Assembly (NCBI RefSeq): GCF_009914755.1
Contig: NC_060939.1
Origin: the human T2T-CHM13v2.0 reference genome, Homo sapiens
Reading direction: 5' to 3' (one strand)
DNA: 64,000 nt
Made by a program: the position numbers and the translations under genes. Every line of letters starts with the position of its first letter. The first letter of the stretch is position 1. The notes below the pieces were generated by a model that was not told where the DNA came from, searched no databases, and worked only from the letters and a program-made list of their open reading frames with translations. Of the stretch, positions 61,895 through 64,000 are shown one piece after another.

Positions 61895-63494
61895 CTGAAA
61901 ACCACCCAAAGGTGTATCAGCCCTGGCAGAGAGCCACAGAGAGAGAGGTGCTTGCACGGCAAGGTACGTGCTCTGGAGATACTGAAGCTAAGCTAACGCC
62001 CTTACAGGGGTGAAAAGGTGCTGTTGCCCAATCTCAGGCACACAGGCGTCCAATAAACCACCCTGACTCCACCCCAACTGGAGTTGAATTTTACTGAGTC
62101 CATGTGTCCAGAATGGTAGAAGTGGACACAGTACTCACTCATGCTGGAGAGTAAGCAAAAAAGTACCACATGGCCAAACCCAGGAGCCCAGCATTCTATT
62201 TCAACCTCCAACTGTGTAGTTCCAACAAAGGGCTGTGGACACTGATGAAAAGGGCATAATCTGAAGTCCTCAAGAAAGGAAGGACTCACAGAGAAATTAA
62301 AGGCTAGGATCCTGAAGGACAGAGGGGTGGGAGTGCTTACGATATTTGTATGAGATGGTTACTGGCCCAACCTAGCCTTCAGAGGGTTTGTGCCAGAGCA
62401 GTGGAAATGACTGGCGAGAGGTTGGGTAGAAAGTCACATACAAGATCCCTGGAGTCTTAAAGGGCTGGGGCTGACCATGTCCTTTGCCTCTGAATCTCCT
62501 GAACCTGGAACAAAACCTTGTAGAGCAGGTGGAGGAGTCCAGAATGAAGTGAAGATCTAAAAATATGTCTTGAAGCAGGAAGAGATCTGAGGCAGAAACC
62601 AGCAAGGAGGCAAAAACAGTAGTTTCAAAGGACAGGTGATTAAGACTTGGACAAGGCTGGTGGCAACGAGCAGAGAACAGGCCAAGACCAAAGAGATTCT
62701 TCAACAGAAGAGTCTGCAGTACTCAGACAGCATAAGCAGGATGGGCAAGCAAGGAAGAATCAGGCCTGGTAGGTGCTGGGCCTACACGGTCTTGGGATGA
62801 GAGGACCTGGCAGAAGTTACAAGAGGGGAGCCAATTTCACTGGAAGATGAAAAAGCCAATTTTGCCCACAAAAGAGTTTGGGATTACAGGACATCCCGAA
62901 GAAGGATCCCACAGGAAGGTGAGGCTCAGGTAGGACATGAGGCTAGAAAGGTGAATCTGGGTCTAAAGGTGAGAGAAGCCACAAAGTGAGTCATTTATCT
63001 GAACTAGAAAAGAAGAAGGGAGTCAAAGATTGGCTATATTGGCTATGTTGGTGCTGGCGGGGAGAGGAACACAAAGGAAAAAGAAAAGTAGAGAGGAAGG
63101 AGAACTGCATCAGCCTATAGCCAGTGAATCAAAGAAAGATTAAATCCCTGTAAGGTGATGAGGAGGGAATGGGAGACAGGATGGTGTCTACAGGGGCACT
63201 GAGGAGGAAGGGGAAGGGCTCTGTGATATGCATATGGCCATCTCTGGTTGTGAAAGCAGGAGGGGAGGAAAAAGGAGCATGTTAATTAAGTCCTAGAACA
63301 TACTAAGGTGGGAAGACTACACAAGCTCCAGAGAATAAAGAAGCAGAGAAGGTAGGGAAGCTGTGGGTCACTGTGGGCAGCCAGAGGATGAGCCTGCCCT
63401 CTCTCTAACACAGAACAAGAGCCAGCTTTGTTACATGGATTTATTTTAAATCTAATGTGACCATCCCAATAAAATAGGCATTTCTCCTCTTACC

Positions 63495-63842
63495 CTATAG
63501 ATTTTTTTAGAGAAGCTTTAAGGTTTACAGTAAATCTGAGCAGAAAGTACAGGGATTCTCCAAATACTCTCTGCCCCCACACTTGTGTGACTTCCCCACT
63601 ATCAGGATCCCGCATGAGAGTGGAACATTTTTTTATACTGACCCATCATCCCCACCGAAAGTCCATGGTTTGCATCAGAGTTCACTCCTGGTGTTTCTTT
63701 TACCTTCTATGGGTTTGGACCAAAGTATAATGACATGTATCCACCATATACAGAATAGTTTCACTGCCCTAAAAATCCTCTGTGCTATGTCTCTTCATCC
63801 CTTCCTGCTAAACCCCTGGCAACCACTGATCTTTTTTACTAA
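63495..63842 (-). mobile_element. L1M 3'-end fragment
   Basis: GGTTTACAG.AAA..TGAGCAGAAAGTACAG..ATCCACCAT..AGAATAGTTTCACTGCCCTAAAAATCCTCTGTG..CAACCACTGATC. Confidence 0.75.
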
Positions 63843-64000
63843 AATAGGCATTTTAGTTTCCCATCTTATAGAAGAGAAGAGGAAACAAAGTTTCAGAGAT
63901 ATTAAATATCTAGTCCAATGTCACAAAAGTTGTGTGCTCTCAAATCCGATTTTACCACCGCACTGATTCCTGAGCTCAAAACTTGCTTTGACAAGTGGTT

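Overview
Primate, almost certainly human, genomic DNA. The gene content (RPS17, 3' end of CPEB1, a GOLGA6L/DNM1P core duplicon) places it at chr15q25.2. From left to right: (1) a decayed but nearly complete gammaretrovirus-like HERV-I/LTR10-type provirus (gag-pro-pol-env plus 3' LTR, 1-8208, + strand); (2) a duplicated 5' end of AKAP13 on the - strand, with a CpG-island promoter/exon 1 at ~25.8-26.2 kb and the 44-nt ATG exon (MKLNPQQAPLY) at 15673-15716; (3) a 9-exon GOLGA6L copy (+, 31803-38641) with a coding VNTR and one CAA>TAA premature stop; its 3' UTR is a ~3.5-kb poly(A)-tailed retro-insert placed at the ancestral GOLGA2 stop codon; (4) a truncated DNM1 pseudogene (-) whose mid-exon break at ~46351 marks the duplicon edge; (5) intact RPS17 (-, 5 exons, 135 aa); (6) the last four exons and 3' UTR of CPEB1 (-). 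Alu, L1, MER and MLT repeats are dense throughout. There are no prokaryotic-type systems. The notable biology is mosaic gene building by segmental duplication, retroposition and frame-shifted exon reuse. Paralogue names and source-gene identities are recalled, not searched.
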